From the NCBI GenBank assembly GCA_963727775.1, contig CAVSHB010000001.1:1-64000 (forward strand): 64,000 nt of DNA, given 5' to 3'. This DNA is from an uncultured Nitrospiraceae bacterium (GTDB taxonomy: Bacteria > Nitrospirota > Thermodesulfovibrionia > Thermodesulfovibrionales > SM23-35). This document shows positions 51,243 to 61,725 of the stretch, piece after piece (the stretch's first letter is position 1; every line of letters begins with the position of its first letter). The notes under the pieces are model-generated. The model searched no databases. It saw only the letters and a list, made by a program, of their open reading frames with translations, and was not told where the DNA came from. Both the position numbers and the translations under genes were made by a program.

Positions 51243-53258
51243 ATGAACCCATTATTTGGAAACGAGAAAAACAGATTTTTTAAACAGCCTTTAAAAACAA
51301 AGGCCGCTGTCTTGCCGTCTGGGCCCAAAGGTAAGACTGTGTTGATTTCACCGCCTTCGGGGTTGCTCGATAAGGTGTCGAAGGCTGCAAGAAAGACCCA
51401 GTCGTATTATATGAACCAGCAGCATGAGGATGGTTACTGGTGGTATGAGCTTGAATCCAACGTGACCATAACGTCTGAATACTTGATGCTGCTACATTTC
51501 CTCGGTCTGAAGGACGATGCTAAATACAAGAAAATAGCGCACCATATTCTGAAAAACCAAAGACCGGACGGTACATGGGCGGTATATTGGGAAGGAAAGG
51601 GCGACCTCAGCACTACCGTTGAAGCATATTTTGCTCTTAAACTTGCAGGTCTCTCCGCGGACGATCCGAGGCTGAGAAAGGCAAGAGAATTTATTATAGA
51701 AAATGGTGGAGTTGAGGCGTCAAGGGTTTTTACAAAAATATACCTTGCCATATTCGGGGAGTTCGACTGGAAGGCGGTCCCCTCAATTCCTGTTGAGTTT
51801 ATCTTTGTACCTTCGTGGTTCCCTTTTAACATATATAATTTATCGAGCTGGGCAAGGTCTACAATCGTGCCTTTGATGGCCATCCTCGATACCAAACCCT
51901 TCTGTACAATACCTGAAAATGCAGGGATAAGGGAGTTATACAAAGACCACGATCAGATATCTTCCATAACGACCAAAAGCTTTGCCCCGTATTTATGGAA
52001 AAGACTGTTTATCGCAGCCGACAGAATGATAAAAGCGATGGAGAAATTTCCTGTGCGGCCATGGAGGGCAAAGGCACTGAAAAACACCGAGAGATGGATA
52101 TTGGAGCGTCAGGACCCAAGCGGCGACTGGGGAGGAATACAGCCCGCTATGCTTAATTCAACACTTGCTCTCGCAGCGATGGGGCACGAAGTGTCTGATG
52201 GACCTGTCGGGAAAGGGCTTGAAGCCCTTGAAAGGTTTACCATTGAAGATGAGAATGAACTTATTCTCCAATCGTGTATTTCTCCGATATGGGACACGGC
52301 ACTAACGTCGCTTGCCTTGATTTATTCAGGAATACAAATGGACCACCTCGCTCTTGAGAGGGCCTGCAAATGGCTGGCTTCCAAACAGATTTTCCGGAAA
52401 GGGGACTGGAGCATTAAGATGCCGGACCTTGAGCCGGGAGGATGGGCTTTTGAGTTCGAAAATAACTGGTACCCGGATATAGATGACACTTCTGTGGTTT
52501 TACTGCTTCTCTATAAATACGCCAATAAAGACTATATCAAGTCTGATAACCTGAAAAAGGGGCTCGACTGGGTAATCGGGATGCAGGGAAAAGACGGGGG
52601 TTGGGGCGCCTTTGATGTGGATAACAACCTGAAAATTTTGAACCAGCTTCCTTTTGGAGACCTGGAGTCAATGATAGACCCGAGTACCCCGGATATTACG
52701 GGAAGGGGTTTGGAACTTCTCGGCTCATTCGGATACGGCCTGTCCGATAATATTGTTAAAAGGGCGATTGGGTTTCTCAAGAGAACACAGGAAACGGACG
52801 GGTCCTGGTGGGGAAGATGGGGCGTCAATTACATCTACGGCACCAGCATAGTGCTTGCGGGGCTTGAATCCGTTAAAGAAGACATGTCTAAACCATACAT
52901 AAAAAAGGCGGTCACCTGGCTGAAAGCCAACCAAAATACTGACGGCGGATGGGGAGAGCGTTGCGAATCTTATATGGACCCCGCCTTTAAATGCCGGGGC
53001 GAAAGCACTCCATCGCAGACCTCATGGGCCATCCTGTCTCTGATTGCAGCCGGTGAAGTAACGAGTAAAGAAGTGATTAAGGGAATTAAATATCTTCTTA
53101 AGACGCAGAAAAAAGACGGCACATGGGATGAAGAGGCATTTACAGGGACGGGGTTCCCGAAGTATTTTTTCATAAGATACCATAATTACAGAAATTGTTT
53201 CCCCTTAATGGCCTTCGGCAAGTTCCTTTCGAAATTCAAAGAAGGAATCAATAAATGA
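51243..53258 (+). CDS. shc: Squalene--hopene cyclase
   Basis: DGYWWYELE, YPDIDDT (DXDD), QW repeats, FTGTGFP. Confidence 0.97.
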   Translation: MNPLFGNEKNRFFKQPLKTKAAVLPSGPKGKTVLISPPSGLLDKVSKAARKTQSYYMNQQHEDGYWWYELESNVTITSEYLMLLHFLGLKDDAKYKKIAHHILKNQRPDGTWAVYWEGKGDLSTTVEAYFALKLAGLSADDPRLRKAREFIIENGGVEASRVFTKIYLAIFGEFDWKAVPSIPVEFIFVPSWFPFNIYNLSSWARSTIVPLMAILDTKPFCTIPENAGIRELYKDHDQISSITTKSFAPYLWKRLFIAADRMIKAMEKFPVRPWRAKALKNTERWILERQDPSGDWGGIQPAMLNSTLALAAMGHEVSDGPVGKGLEALERFTIEDENELILQSCISPIWDTALTSLALIYSGIQMDHLALERACKWLASKQIFRKGDWSIKMPDLEPGGWAFEFENNWYPDIDDTSVVLLLLYKYANKDYIKSDNLKKGLDWVIGMQGKDGGWGAFDVDNNLKILNQLPFGDLESMIDPSTPDITGRGLELLGSFGYGLSDNIVKRAIGFLKRTQETDGSWWGRWGVNYIYGTSIVLAGLESVKEDMSKPYIKKAVTWLKANQNTDGGWGERCESYMDPAFKCRGESTPSQTSWAILSLIAAGEVTSKEVIKGIKYLLKTQKKDGTWDEEAFTGTGFPKYFFIRYHNYRNCFPLMAFGKFLSKFKEGINK

Positions 53259-54244
53259 AAGCGCTTGTAACAGGCGCTACAGGGTTTATCGGGTTTCATG
53301 TTGCCAGGCTTCTTGCAAAGCAGGGATTTTCCGTCAAAGCACTGGTAAGGGAAGGAAGCGATGCCTATGGCTTAAAGACACTGGGCATTGAACCTATTAT
53401 CGGCGACGTAAGAGACCCACATTCCGTACGCAGGGCGCTCGAAGGCTGCCGGCAGCTTTATCATCTTGCAGCAGATTACAGGCTCTGGGTTAAGGACCCG
53501 AAAACCATGTACGACATTAATGTTAAAGGTACGGAAAACGTCATGGAGGCCGCATTAATAGCAGGGACAGAAAGGGTCGTTTATACGAGTACGGTCGGGG
53601 TGCTGGCTGCCTGTTCAAATGGGAAACCTTCAAATGAGGAGACGCCTGTCAGCATAAAAGACATGGTGGGCGATTATAAAAAATCCAAATTCATCGCTGA
53701 AACAGCAGTGTACGGATTTATCGGAAAGGGCTTGCCTGTCGTCATCGTAAATCCTACGACACCCATAGGCGATATGGACCGGAAGCCAACTCCTACCGGA
53801 AAAATTATTGTCGATTTTCTAAACGGCAAATTCCCCGCGTATCTTGATACAGGACTGAATTTTGTTGATGTGGATGATGTTGCAGCCGGCCATATACTGG
53901 CAGCCCGATATGGCAAGATCGGACAGAGATATATATTGGGAAATAGAAACATTTCCCTGCGGGAATTTTTTGAGTGTCTCGCAGGCATTACAGGCCGGAA
54001 ACCTCCGAGAGTGCGGCTTCCGTATTTCCCTGTTTTACTTGCCGCATATGTGGATGAATCGTTGTCGGGGATAACCGGCAGGCATCCGACGATTCCTCTC
54101 ACAGGCGTAAAGATGGCGCGGAAGTTCATGTATTTTGACTGTTCGAAAGCCGTAAGGGAACTGAATATGCCGCAGACTCCCGTTGAAGGCGCCATGGAAA
54201 AGGCGATAAATTGGTTCAGGGACCAGGGATATATAAAGAAATAA
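53255..54244 (+). CDS. hpnA: Hopanoid-associated NAD-dependent epimerase/dehydratase HpnA
   Basis: VTGATGFIG, HLAADYRLW, YKKSK, KPTPTG, DTGLNFVDVDDVA. Confidence 0.9.
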   Translation: MKALVTGATGFIGFHVARLLAKQGFSVKALVREGSDAYGLKTLGIEPIIGDVRDPHSVRRALEGCRQLYHLAADYRLWVKDPKTMYDINVKGTENVMEAALIAGTERVVYTSTVGVLAACSNGKPSNEETPVSIKDMVGDYKKSKFIAETAVYGFIGKGLPVVIVNPTTPIGDMDRKPTPTGKIIVDFLNGKFPAYLDTGLNFVDVDDVAAGHILAARYGKIGQRYILGNRNISLREFFECLAGITGRKPPRVRLPYFPVLLAAYVDESLSGITGRHPTIPLTGVKMARKFMYFDCSKAVRELNMPQTPVEGAMEKAINWFRDQGYIKK

Positions 54245-54260
54245 TCTTTTAAGGATATAA

Positions 54261-55088
54261 ATGTACGAGACAGAACAAGATCATCAGGATGAGCCGCAAG
54301 ACAGAAAACTTGGCGATGAATGGACAGACTGGAAAGGCGGGACAGATGCGCGGGAGTCTGCAATAGATGAGACCCTGACCACTTTTTCCCTTTTGGCTAT
54401 CGGCATTGTATGCATACTCATTGCACTTCTGCCTTTGTTCTGGTATCTGATAAAGCCGAGAATTGTGCAATTAAACTATTTGGTATCAACCCTGGTTGAG
54501 TGGTCTGTTACAGGATTTGCCTCTGTATGCTTTATCTTATTTCTGGCGGAAAGTATTTCAATCCTTGGGTTCAGAAAATCCATATTCCCTTACAGATGGC
54601 GGGAAAAATTTATTCTTTTTCTTCTTCCAAAAACTATCTGGCTCGGAGCGAAATTAGGGATAAGCCGGGACAGGGTGGGGAATTCCTTTATTAAGGCCCA
54701 TAATTTTTTAATAAGAAACTTCGCAAATAATCTGAATACAGAAAGACCTTTAATCCTGTTACCGAGATGTTTAAAAAAAGAGACGAGGGCGCAGATTATG
54801 AATAAAATGAACGGCTTCAAGGTCGTTACCGCGGCCGGTGGGGAACAGGCACGGGAAGCGATCAGACAATATAAACCGACATGCATTTTGGCTTTGGCCT
54901 GTGAAAGAGACCTAATGAGCGGGATTAAAGATGTAGCTGAAAAGATACCGGTGCTTGCAATCCCGAATAAAAGACCTGAGGGCCCATGTAAAAACACCGA
55001 TGTTTACCTCGATGAGCTTGACGATACTTTAAGATTCATAATAGAGAAAAGAAATAAAATCCCCAAAACAAATAAAGGTCCCGAATAG
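54261..55088 (+). CDS. DUF116-domain membrane protein
   Basis: LILLPRCL, TAAGG..A, ALACERDL..G, RPEGPCKNT. Confidence 0.8.
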   Translation: MYETEQDHQDEPQDRKLGDEWTDWKGGTDARESAIDETLTTFSLLAIGIVCILIALLPLFWYLIKPRIVQLNYLVSTLVEWSVTGFASVCFILFLAESISILGFRKSIFPYRWREKFILFLLPKTIWLGAKLGISRDRVGNSFIKAHNFLIRNFANNLNTERPLILLPRCLKKETRAQIMNKMNGFKVVTAAGGEQAREAIRQYKPTCILALACERDLMSGIKDVAEKIPVLAIPNKRPEGPCKNTDVYLDELDDTLRFIIEKRNKIPKTNKGPE

Positions 55089-55094
55089 ATTCTT

Positions 55095-56099
55095 ATGAGA
55101 TTCCCTGCCAGTCTTTATTTATCAATGAGTTCGTTTTTCATGAAAAATGCCCTTGCTGGTAGGAAGAAATTCCCGCTGGTATTGATGCTCGAGCCTACTC
55201 ACCGGTGCAATCTCAACTGTGCGGGATGTGACAGGATAAGGCTGTATGGGAAGGAGCAGACGGATGACCTTTCCCTCAGCCAATGCATAGAGGCTGCAAA
55301 AGAATCAAAAGCCCCTGTTGTCACGATAACCGGGGGGGAACCGATGTTATATCCTGAATTACCCCGTCTTGTAGATGGACTTCTCAGGCTGAAAAGGCAT
55401 ATCTATCTGTGCACAAACGGACTTCTTGCGGAATCCTTTATAGAGGAATTCAGGCCGACCCCAAAGCTTACCCTGAACTTTCATCTGGACGGAATGGAGG
55501 AGACCCACGACCGCATTACTAATAAACTGGGGACATTCAAACGTGCTGTAGAAACTATAAAAAAGGCGAAACAAAAAGGTTTCAGAGTGAGCACAAATAC
55601 ATCTATTTACAAAAATTCGGACATAGGAGAACTGGAGAATTTATTCGGAATGTTAAAATCCATCAACGTAGACGGGGTCCTGATTTCGCCGGCCTTCAGC
55701 TATGAGAGGGTGGAAAACGATATATTTCCCGGGAAAAACGAAATACGGGAAAAGGTCGGGCAGATGACGGATTTTTTCGATAGGTTCCCCTTTATGAGTA
55801 CCCCTATATACGTGGATTTTTTAAAAGGGAAAAGACAGATGCGCTGTACACCGTGGGGTAATCCCACGCGCAACCCCCTCGGATGGAAATCCCCCTGTTA
55901 TCTGATAACCGATACTTACTATGAATCTTTCAAAGAAATGATGGAAAAAACGGAATGGGACAGGTTCGAATCAGGTGGCGATCCGCGCTGCAAGAACTGT
56001 ATGGTCCACAGCGGGTATGAAGCTACGGTAATGCGCACTGCGTTTTCGAATCCGGGAGACATGCTCAGGCTTGTCCTCTGGAACCTGAAAAAACCTTAA
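55095..56099 (+). CDS. hpnH: Adenosyl-hopene transferase radical SAM HpnH
   Basis: FPLVLMLEP..RCNLNCAGC, CTPWGNPTRN..GW..PCY, DPRCKNCMVHSGYE. Confidence 0.93.
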   Translation: MRFPASLYLSMSSFFMKNALAGRKKFPLVLMLEPTHRCNLNCAGCDRIRLYGKEQTDDLSLSQCIEAAKESKAPVVTITGGEPMLYPELPRLVDGLLRLKRHIYLCTNGLLAESFIEEFRPTPKLTLNFHLDGMEETHDRITNKLGTFKRAVETIKKAKQKGFRVSTNTSIYKNSDIGELENLFGMLKSINVDGVLISPAFSYERVENDIFPGKNEIREKVGQMTDFFDRFPFMSTPIYVDFLKGKRQMRCTPWGNPTRNPLGWKSPCYLITDTYYESFKEMMEKTEWDRFESGGDPRCKNCMVHSGYEATVMRTAFSNPGDMLRLVLWNLKKP

Positions 56100-56971
56100 T
56101 GGATCCTTTTTTTTCGCTTCTGTTAAATACGGTCGTCATGAGACCGTATGTTTTTCTTTTCCTACTGGTATATCTCCTGGGCTGCTCTTTACATTTAGGG
56201 GTAAAAAGGGCGCTGCTTTTTTGTATAGCGGGATATCTTATTGCATGGCTTTCGGAATACTCCTCCATTCATAACGGCATTCCTTATGGCTATTATTACT
56301 ATATTGAGCATACAAAAGGGGAAGAGTTATGGGTCCTGGGCGTGCCTTTTTTTGATTCACTGAGCTATGTGTTCCTTGCATATGCAAGCTATTCAATGGC
56401 GCTTATGGTAGCTTCACCCATCCTGCGTACGCGTGGAATGTTCTATCTCCTTGAAACAAAAGCAATCAGGAATTCGATATATACTACAATTCTGGGAGCG
56501 GTCTTTTTTGTCTATCTTGACATCATAATAGACCCCGTGGCTTTGGTAGGTGAGAGGTGGTTCCTCGGCCAAATTTACGGATACCCGCGCCGAGGAGTTT
56601 ATTTCGGCATCCCTATCTCTAATTTCATAGGATGGCTTGTGGTAGGATTTATAATGATTTATGCATTACAGAGGATAGATTCCCATCTGCATAAGAGAAA
56701 AGATTGGTTCGGGTATAAATACCACTGGAGATATATTATAGGTCCCGGCCTTTATATCGGTGTGATACTTTTCAACTTGTCGATAACTTTTTATGTCCGG
56801 GAGTACAACCTCGGCTGGGCCGGCATTTTCATTGTCCTGCTGCCGTCGCTTCTCGTTTACTCTTTAATGAAATTGAAGCTTTTGCATGTAAGTATCGACA
56901 AAACCATAAAAGCCCATCTGTCCGATTTCCCCATGATTGTAATTCCAAAATTTGCACGAAAAGAAGAATAA
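56099..56971 (+). CDS. CruF/DUF422-like carotenoid biosynthesis membrane protein
   Basis: SEYSSIHNGIPYG.Y.Y, LDIIIDPVA, YFGIPISNFIGW. Confidence 0.8.
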   Translation: MDPFFSLLLNTVVMRPYVFLFLLVYLLGCSLHLGVKRALLFCIAGYLIAWLSEYSSIHNGIPYGYYYYIEHTKGEELWVLGVPFFDSLSYVFLAYASYSMALMVASPILRTRGMFYLLETKAIRNSIYTTILGAVFFVYLDIIIDPVALVGERWFLGQIYGYPRRGVYFGIPISNFIGWLVVGFIMIYALQRIDSHLHKRKDWFGYKYHWRYIIGPGLYIGVILFNLSITFYVREYNLGWAGIFIVLLPSLLVYSLMKLKLLHVSIDKTIKAHLSDFPMIVIPKFARKEE

Positions 56972-57077
56972 AAGAGCCTTTATCTATTGGCAATACTGAT
57001 TCCCAGTTGGAACCTGAAGTGTCGTGAGAGCTTGCCGGATACAATGTTAGAAGAGGAAGAAAGAAATATGGTCTTTG

Positions 57078-57797
57078 CTACTGAGATGAAGAACCTTTAT
57101 CTGTATCAAGCAGGTTGATGAATTCCACTAATATCTCGTGGTCCCTTTCTGACATTTCAAGGAATTCGACTCCTATGTCATAACGCTCAGGGGCTGTATT
57201 GGCTATTAAGAGACTTGAGGCAACTCTACCTTGAAAGGTTATCGCTTTGTCCTGTGGAAACGTCAACTCCATAAGCATTTTATTTTCAATTTCTATTGGA
57301 TGCTCACTCTCTATAAGCATACCACCAAGGCTAAGTTTTTTTACCTCGCAACCTTCATAAAAATGCAGTGTGGGTGTCTCTACCGAAGCCTCAAGCTGAA
57401 ATCTTGTAAAAAGCCTCAGGCCGCTTATTTCATATATGTTTTTCTGCCTGTCTTTTTCTCGCATATGATTTTCTATAAAATTTATGATTTCTTTCATTTT
57501 CTCATTTGTAACATCTGTAAACTTTAGTCCTGCTGTATATATTGGGATAATATCGCCCTGGGCTCCTTCTTCGTTTCCACTCAATAAGGACCACATAACC
57601 TTACCCTTGAGAATTAAAGTCTGGTCTTTAGCAATAATTTTGAGAGTATATTCACGATCTATATTCATCCTCTTGTCAGCTTTCAAAGAGATTCCAGCAA
57701 TGCTGATATCGAGAATCTTCAAATCTTTGACAAACAACATCTCACCGTGAATATCATAAATATCTAAGGCATATCTCTTATATCGTCTTTTTTCCAT
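57078..57797 (-). CDS. Tandem PilZ-domain protein
   Basis: EKRRYKR, DISIAG; second repeat LRLFTR...LSLGG...IGVEF. Confidence 0.85.
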   Translation of the reverse strand: MEKRRYKRYALDIYDIHGEMLFVKDLKILDISIAGISLKADKRMNIDREYTLKIIAKDQTLILKGKVMWSLLSGNEEGAQGDIIPIYTAGLKFTDVTNEKMKEIINFIENHMREKDRQKNIYEISGLRLFTRFQLEASVETPTLHFYEGCEVKKLSLGGMLIESEHPIEIENKMLMELTFPQDKAITFQGRVASSLLIANTAPERYDIGVEFLEMSERDHEILVEFINLLDTDKGSSSQ

Positions 57798-57871
57798 TTA
57801 TTACACCTTCAGTAAATTCATGTCTATTTTAACAGTTATCAACTGTAATGTTGTACTATGAGGCATGGTTC

Positions 57872-58057
57872 TCACTTTCGAGATTCTCGCCACAGCATCA
57901 ACGCAAGCCCCGAAGAAATTAAAAAGCCAAGCACACTTAACCAAACAGGGACAATCATGCCGTTTATGGTAACTTCCCAGACAAAAAATAACCGGAGAAG
58001 ATGCATAAAAGCAATAAGCGAGAACACGATAATAGCAATGGTTGTAAATGGTTTCAT
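57872..58057 (-). CDS. Small two-TM membrane protein
   Basis: MKPFTTIAIIVFSLIAFMHLLRL...VPVWLS; SD ggaagga. Confidence 0.7.
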   Translation of the reverse strand: MKPFTTIAIIVFSLIAFMHLLRLFFVWEVTINGMIVPVWLSVLGFLISSGLALMLWRESRK

Positions 58058-58209
58058 GTTTCGTTCCTTCCTTCCTCGAAAGGTGATCAATATTAGATAT
58101 TTATTTCCAGTTGTACTCCACAGTTACAAAAAGTATATCACAGGTGTGACCTTCAGCTTATCGAGTGTAAAACTTAACCTTGAGGAAGAACTGTAAAAGT
58201 TGTTCTTCC

Positions 58210-58773
58210 TCAAGCCCTGACTTGTGGCTTCATCCCGAATATTCTGCATATCGCCTTCGCCAACTCTTTGTCGACGACAATAGCTCCACCATGGTGCAGA
58301 TCTATCACGATATCTATCTTGTCGATCAAGTTTCTCATATTCTTCAAACATCCTACGATCTGGACAATCTGAATGTTTTCCTTATCCAGAAGCTTCTCGA
58401 TCTGTTCTAATTGTGTATCACTTCTTCCATAGATTTCATCGATGATAAGTATGATCTTCTGATCCATTTTGAAGAGTGATTGAATGTCCTCTACCATAGT
58501 CATATCTTTCTTGAGCGACGAGATATAGTTCAGATATTTCTCGTAACTTCCCGGTCTTCGTTTTCCTTCGAAATCGACTGGATTCCCGACATAGTAGACT
58601 TTGGCATTGTTCTTAAGTGCCTCGATAGTATTTGTTATCTTGCCGACTCCCCACCCCCCGCGTATGAGAATATTTTTATAGCGGGCAAGGACTTTTTTGA
58701 TATTATCGGGATTATCTTTTGTAAACGCAACTTGTTTGCCGCTCCCCGTTTCGTCCTTTCCCATCAATCTCAC
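58210..58773 (-). CDS. Small P-loop NTPase-like protein
   Basis: ILIRGGWGVGKIT (Walker A-like) and ILIIDE (Walker B-like). Confidence 0.6.
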   Translation of the reverse strand: MRLMGKDETGSGKQVAFTKDNPDNIKKVLARYKNILIRGGWGVGKITNTIEALKNNAKVYYVGNPVDFEGKRRPGSYEKYLNYISSLKKDMTMVEDIQSLFKMDQKIILIIDEIYGRSDTQLEQIEKLLDKENIQIVQIVGCLKNMRNLIDKIDIVIDLHHGGAIVVDKELAKAICRIFGMKPQVRA

Positions 58774-59005
58774 TATTCCTTTTTTTTCTATTTGTCGATT
58801 CTTTGCATTTGGGCGTAACTTTTTATCAGTTACAAGTTAAACTCTACAGGACTTGGGAATGGTTTTCAAGTGCGAGATTTAGGAAGGAATGTTGCGATGA
58901 ATTAAATAGTGACACAGAGCCTGTCTAAAAACCTTTCCGCTAATCGAGCATGCGTAGTAAGATTATTCGATATGAGAAATCTATATCGCTCTGCCTAATT
59001 TCTTA

Positions 59006-59200
59006 TTAGGCGTGCATTGTCCGCTGCAAGGGCACGCGGCGCATACACCACGCTTCGTCCGATCTACCGTAACCATTGCCGAATTTCAACTGTGCAAGGA
59101 AGTCATCTACAGGAATGTATTCGATAAGCTTTCTGTGTACCCTTCCCCCGAAGTCCTGAATGAGGAACGTTGGCGTCCGGGCAATGTCGAACTGTTTCAT
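59006..59200 (-). pseudogene. Possible thioredoxin-fold remnant
   Basis: FDIARTPTFLI...YIPVDDFLAQL; lacks the N-terminal CxxC. Confidence 0.35.
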
Positions 59201-59323
59201 CAGCTCAGTCCGTTAGATATAAATTGCCTCTACCGCCGGTTCGTTTGTTTTTTTGGTTTTTGATTTGATAAAATAATTTGTTACTCTCGGGCGTACAACT
59301 AATTTTGAAAGGAGGTGTTCTCA

Positions 59324-59683
59324 TTGAAAAAGGCAGTGTTGGCTATTGTCTCGATATTCTTGGCCTTTGCTTTTACAGGGACAGGCTTTCCAGCCGGAAA
59401 AGAAGCGGCAATAAAGATGGCTGCGGGTGAAGTTAAGGCAGTTGATACAAAAGCAAAAACCATTACTATAACGAACGATAAACAAGCCGAATCCGTTTTT
59501 GTTTTTGACGATAAGACTGTCGTAAGAGCGCATAACAAAAACAAGAGTACATTCGCTGATGTAAAAGTCGGCGATATAGCCGCGCTTATATACGACGAAG
59601 TCGGCGGCAAGAGTGTGATAAAAAGTATTACTGTTATGGCTCCGATAGGCGCATCGACTTCGAACTCCGCAGAAAAAAAGTAA
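59324..59683 (+). CDS. Secreted small beta-barrel (OB-fold-like) protein
   Basis: SD GGAGGTG + TTG, signal peptide, GEVKAVD..AKTITI, DVKVGD. Confidence 0.75.
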   Translation: MKKAVLAIVSIFLAFAFTGTGFPAGKEAAIKMAAGEVKAVDTKAKTITITNDKQAESVFVFDDKTVVRAHNKNKSTFADVKVGDIAALIYDEVGGKSVIKSITVMAPIGASTSNSAEKK

Positions 59684-59690
59684 GCTCATG

Positions 59691-59721
59691 AGAAAGGGCG
59701 CTGAATATAAGCGCCCTTTCT
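59691..59721. terminator. Intrinsic terminator hairpin
   Basis: agaaagggcgct-gaatata-agcgccctttct. Confidence 0.75.
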
Positions 59722-59912
59722 ATTCGCCTATAGAGAATTTATCAAATGTTTCCCTGAGTTCTTTATCCGTCATTTCGGTCAAAGGGATGCGCTTATTTAT
59801 TATCAGCTTGCTTGTGTCTCCTGAGATGCCGAAATGCAGGAGTACGTATTTCCTACCCGGCCCGTTAAATTGACTCAATAGTTAAAAATCATTTATGAAA
59901 GAATGTGAGGGT

Positions 59913-60059
59913 TCACTTCGAGGCCAGTATGAAAATTTTATAAACAAACCGCCCTATCATAACGATCACGTAAATACCGAGAGCAATGAGCGCCAGGCGC
60001 TTCAACCGTTGCAATGACGATTTTACTTTGCCGGTTATATTTTGAAACTCTTTGTTCAT
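59913..60059 (-). CDS. Possible 48-aa single-TM protein
   Basis: MNKEFQ...RLALIALGIYVIVMIGRFVY; below the ORF-track cutoff, downstream of tatA. Confidence 0.35.
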   Translation of the reverse strand: MNKEFQNITGKVKSSLQRLKRLALIALGIYVIVMIGRFVYKIFILASK

Positions 60060-60130
60060 TATCTTCTGAGCTTCAAGTCGTATATCGGACATGAACTTGT
60101 ATCAAACAGAATTGAACTGCCTACAGGTTT

Positions 60131-60334
60131 CTAATCACCCTCTTTTTTCTGTGGCTCCTCTTTCTTGGAACTATCTTTTTTGGGTGTTACGTCTATTTCA
60201 TCAGCTTCTGATATGCCTTTCTTGAAATTTTTGATTGCCTGTCCTATGCCGCTCCCGATCTGAGGGAGCCTTGTGGCGCCAAAAAGCACAACAACTATTA
60301 CCCCTATCAGGAGAATATCTTGTGTACTGAACAT
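60131..60334 (-). CDS. tatA: Twin-arginine translocase TatA/E
   Basis: TM helix, LFGATRLPQIGSGIGQAIKNFKKG. Confidence 0.92.
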   Translation of the reverse strand: MFSTQDILLIGVIVVVLFGATRLPQIGSGIGQAIKNFKKGISEADEIDVTPKKDSSKKEEPQKKEGD

Positions 60335-60386
60335 TTTACTTTCACCTCCTCTTTTATGTCTGTTATATTATAAATCATTTCAGGAT

Positions 60387-61526
60387 TTAAAAATGCCGAT
60401 TCTTGCGCCGGCTTGATCGGTCGATATTTTCGAAATCAGCGCTCTGTCCCCATGCGCTTGCCTGCCAGTTGTCTGTCCTGCTTGATTCCGGGATCCATGG
60501 CGGCAAGTCCATGCATAAACGGTCGGATAAGGCATTGATATAAGGTTCGTACATCCCGCGTAGCTCCGACAGCCTTTTGTCCAAATCGCTTCCTTCACGG
60601 AGATGAATACCTTCCGAAGTGAGAATTGACCGTATGTGGGCCAGACCTGGTGAGGTAAGGCGATCGTCCTCAGGTTCATGAGGGGGGCAGTGCAGGACCA
60701 ACGCGAGGTCCACAATTGCATGCCGGGCGATCGCAAATGTCAATCGAGCCTGACGCTCACAAGCGCCCTCCATGTTTACAATGGCAAAAGCGCTTGTATC
60801 GAGGATCGATGTGATTGCCCCAAGCCAGGACTGATTGTCGTGCTGGGAACGGAAATAAACAAGAACAGGGAAAGACAGGTGGCTCTCAAGCAACTCTGCG
60901 GACCATCGTTCCCATTCATGGAGAAGCTGTCTGAGTTCTTCACCCCCGTTCCATATGTTTCTTCGTATTATTTCTACAACGGTCGGCGGCGATCCCGCGC
61001 GCGCGTCCAAAAGTGAAATGCTGACCTCGCGTATGGAAAAAGACTGGTTAAGCGCCGGCAGATAACTGATAACCATAGCCAGGAAACCGAAACCCATCCC
61101 TGCCTCCAGTACGATGAGGACCCTGGCGAAAAGTGTGGCCGGCACAATATCTCCCAGCCCTAATGTAAAAAAAGTAGTGCCGCTGAAATAAATACACGCA
61201 GCGAAATTGACGGCGCCTTCCGGTGTTTTAATCGCGTTCCCCGGCGCCCAGTAGAGAAGCGCAAAGCCGATTACCAGAATGCTTGCCCAGACACCCAACA
61301 AAAAAGGCAGTGACAAAGGACCATAAAAACTCAGAGAATTCTCCAGGCGTTTCCCTGAAAATACTGAATGGGCCAATGCGGACCAAAGTCGCCAGGTGTA
61401 TCTGTAAAATAGGCGGGTAAGCCGCAGCCTCCGTGTCACGCGGCGCGGCAGGACAACGGTCTCAAAGGCGTCCCATAGGACAATGCTGATGAAAACAAGA
61501 CCAAGAACCGCCGCTATTATAGACAC
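60387..61526 (-). CDS. Potassium-channel-family (Ion_trans_2) membrane protein
   Basis: YFSGTTFFTLGLGD pore-like motif. Confidence 0.8.
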   Translation of the reverse strand: MSIIAAVLGLVFISIVLWDAFETVVLPRRVTRRLRLTRLFYRYTWRLWSALAHSVFSGKRLENSLSFYGPLSLPFLLGVWASILVIGFALLYWAPGNAIKTPEGAVNFAACIYFSGTTFFTLGLGDIVPATLFARVLIVLEAGMGFGFLAMVISYLPALNQSFSIREVSISLLDARAGSPPTVVEIIRRNIWNGGEELRQLLHEWERWSAELLESHLSFPVLVYFRSQHDNQSWLGAITSILDTSAFAIVNMEGACERQARLTFAIARHAIVDLALVLHCPPHEPEDDRLTSPGLAHIRSILTSEGIHLREGSDLDKRLSELRGMYEPYINALSDRLCMDLPPWIPESSRTDNWQASAWGQSADFENIDRSSRRKNRHF

Positions 61527-61725
61527 ACGATAAGCTCCGATTTGATTTATTTAACCGATCTTTTTCTTTATCTCTAAATTATTAGCAAAATGAATACCAA
61601 TACGCAACTTGCTGATTTGATGAAATATTAAGATATGCGGGGAAAATCTTTTAGTTATTTTTCCCGGCCGGTGCGGCATAATGCCTTAATTTAAATAATG
61701 AGGATATTACAAAAAAGATGGGATT

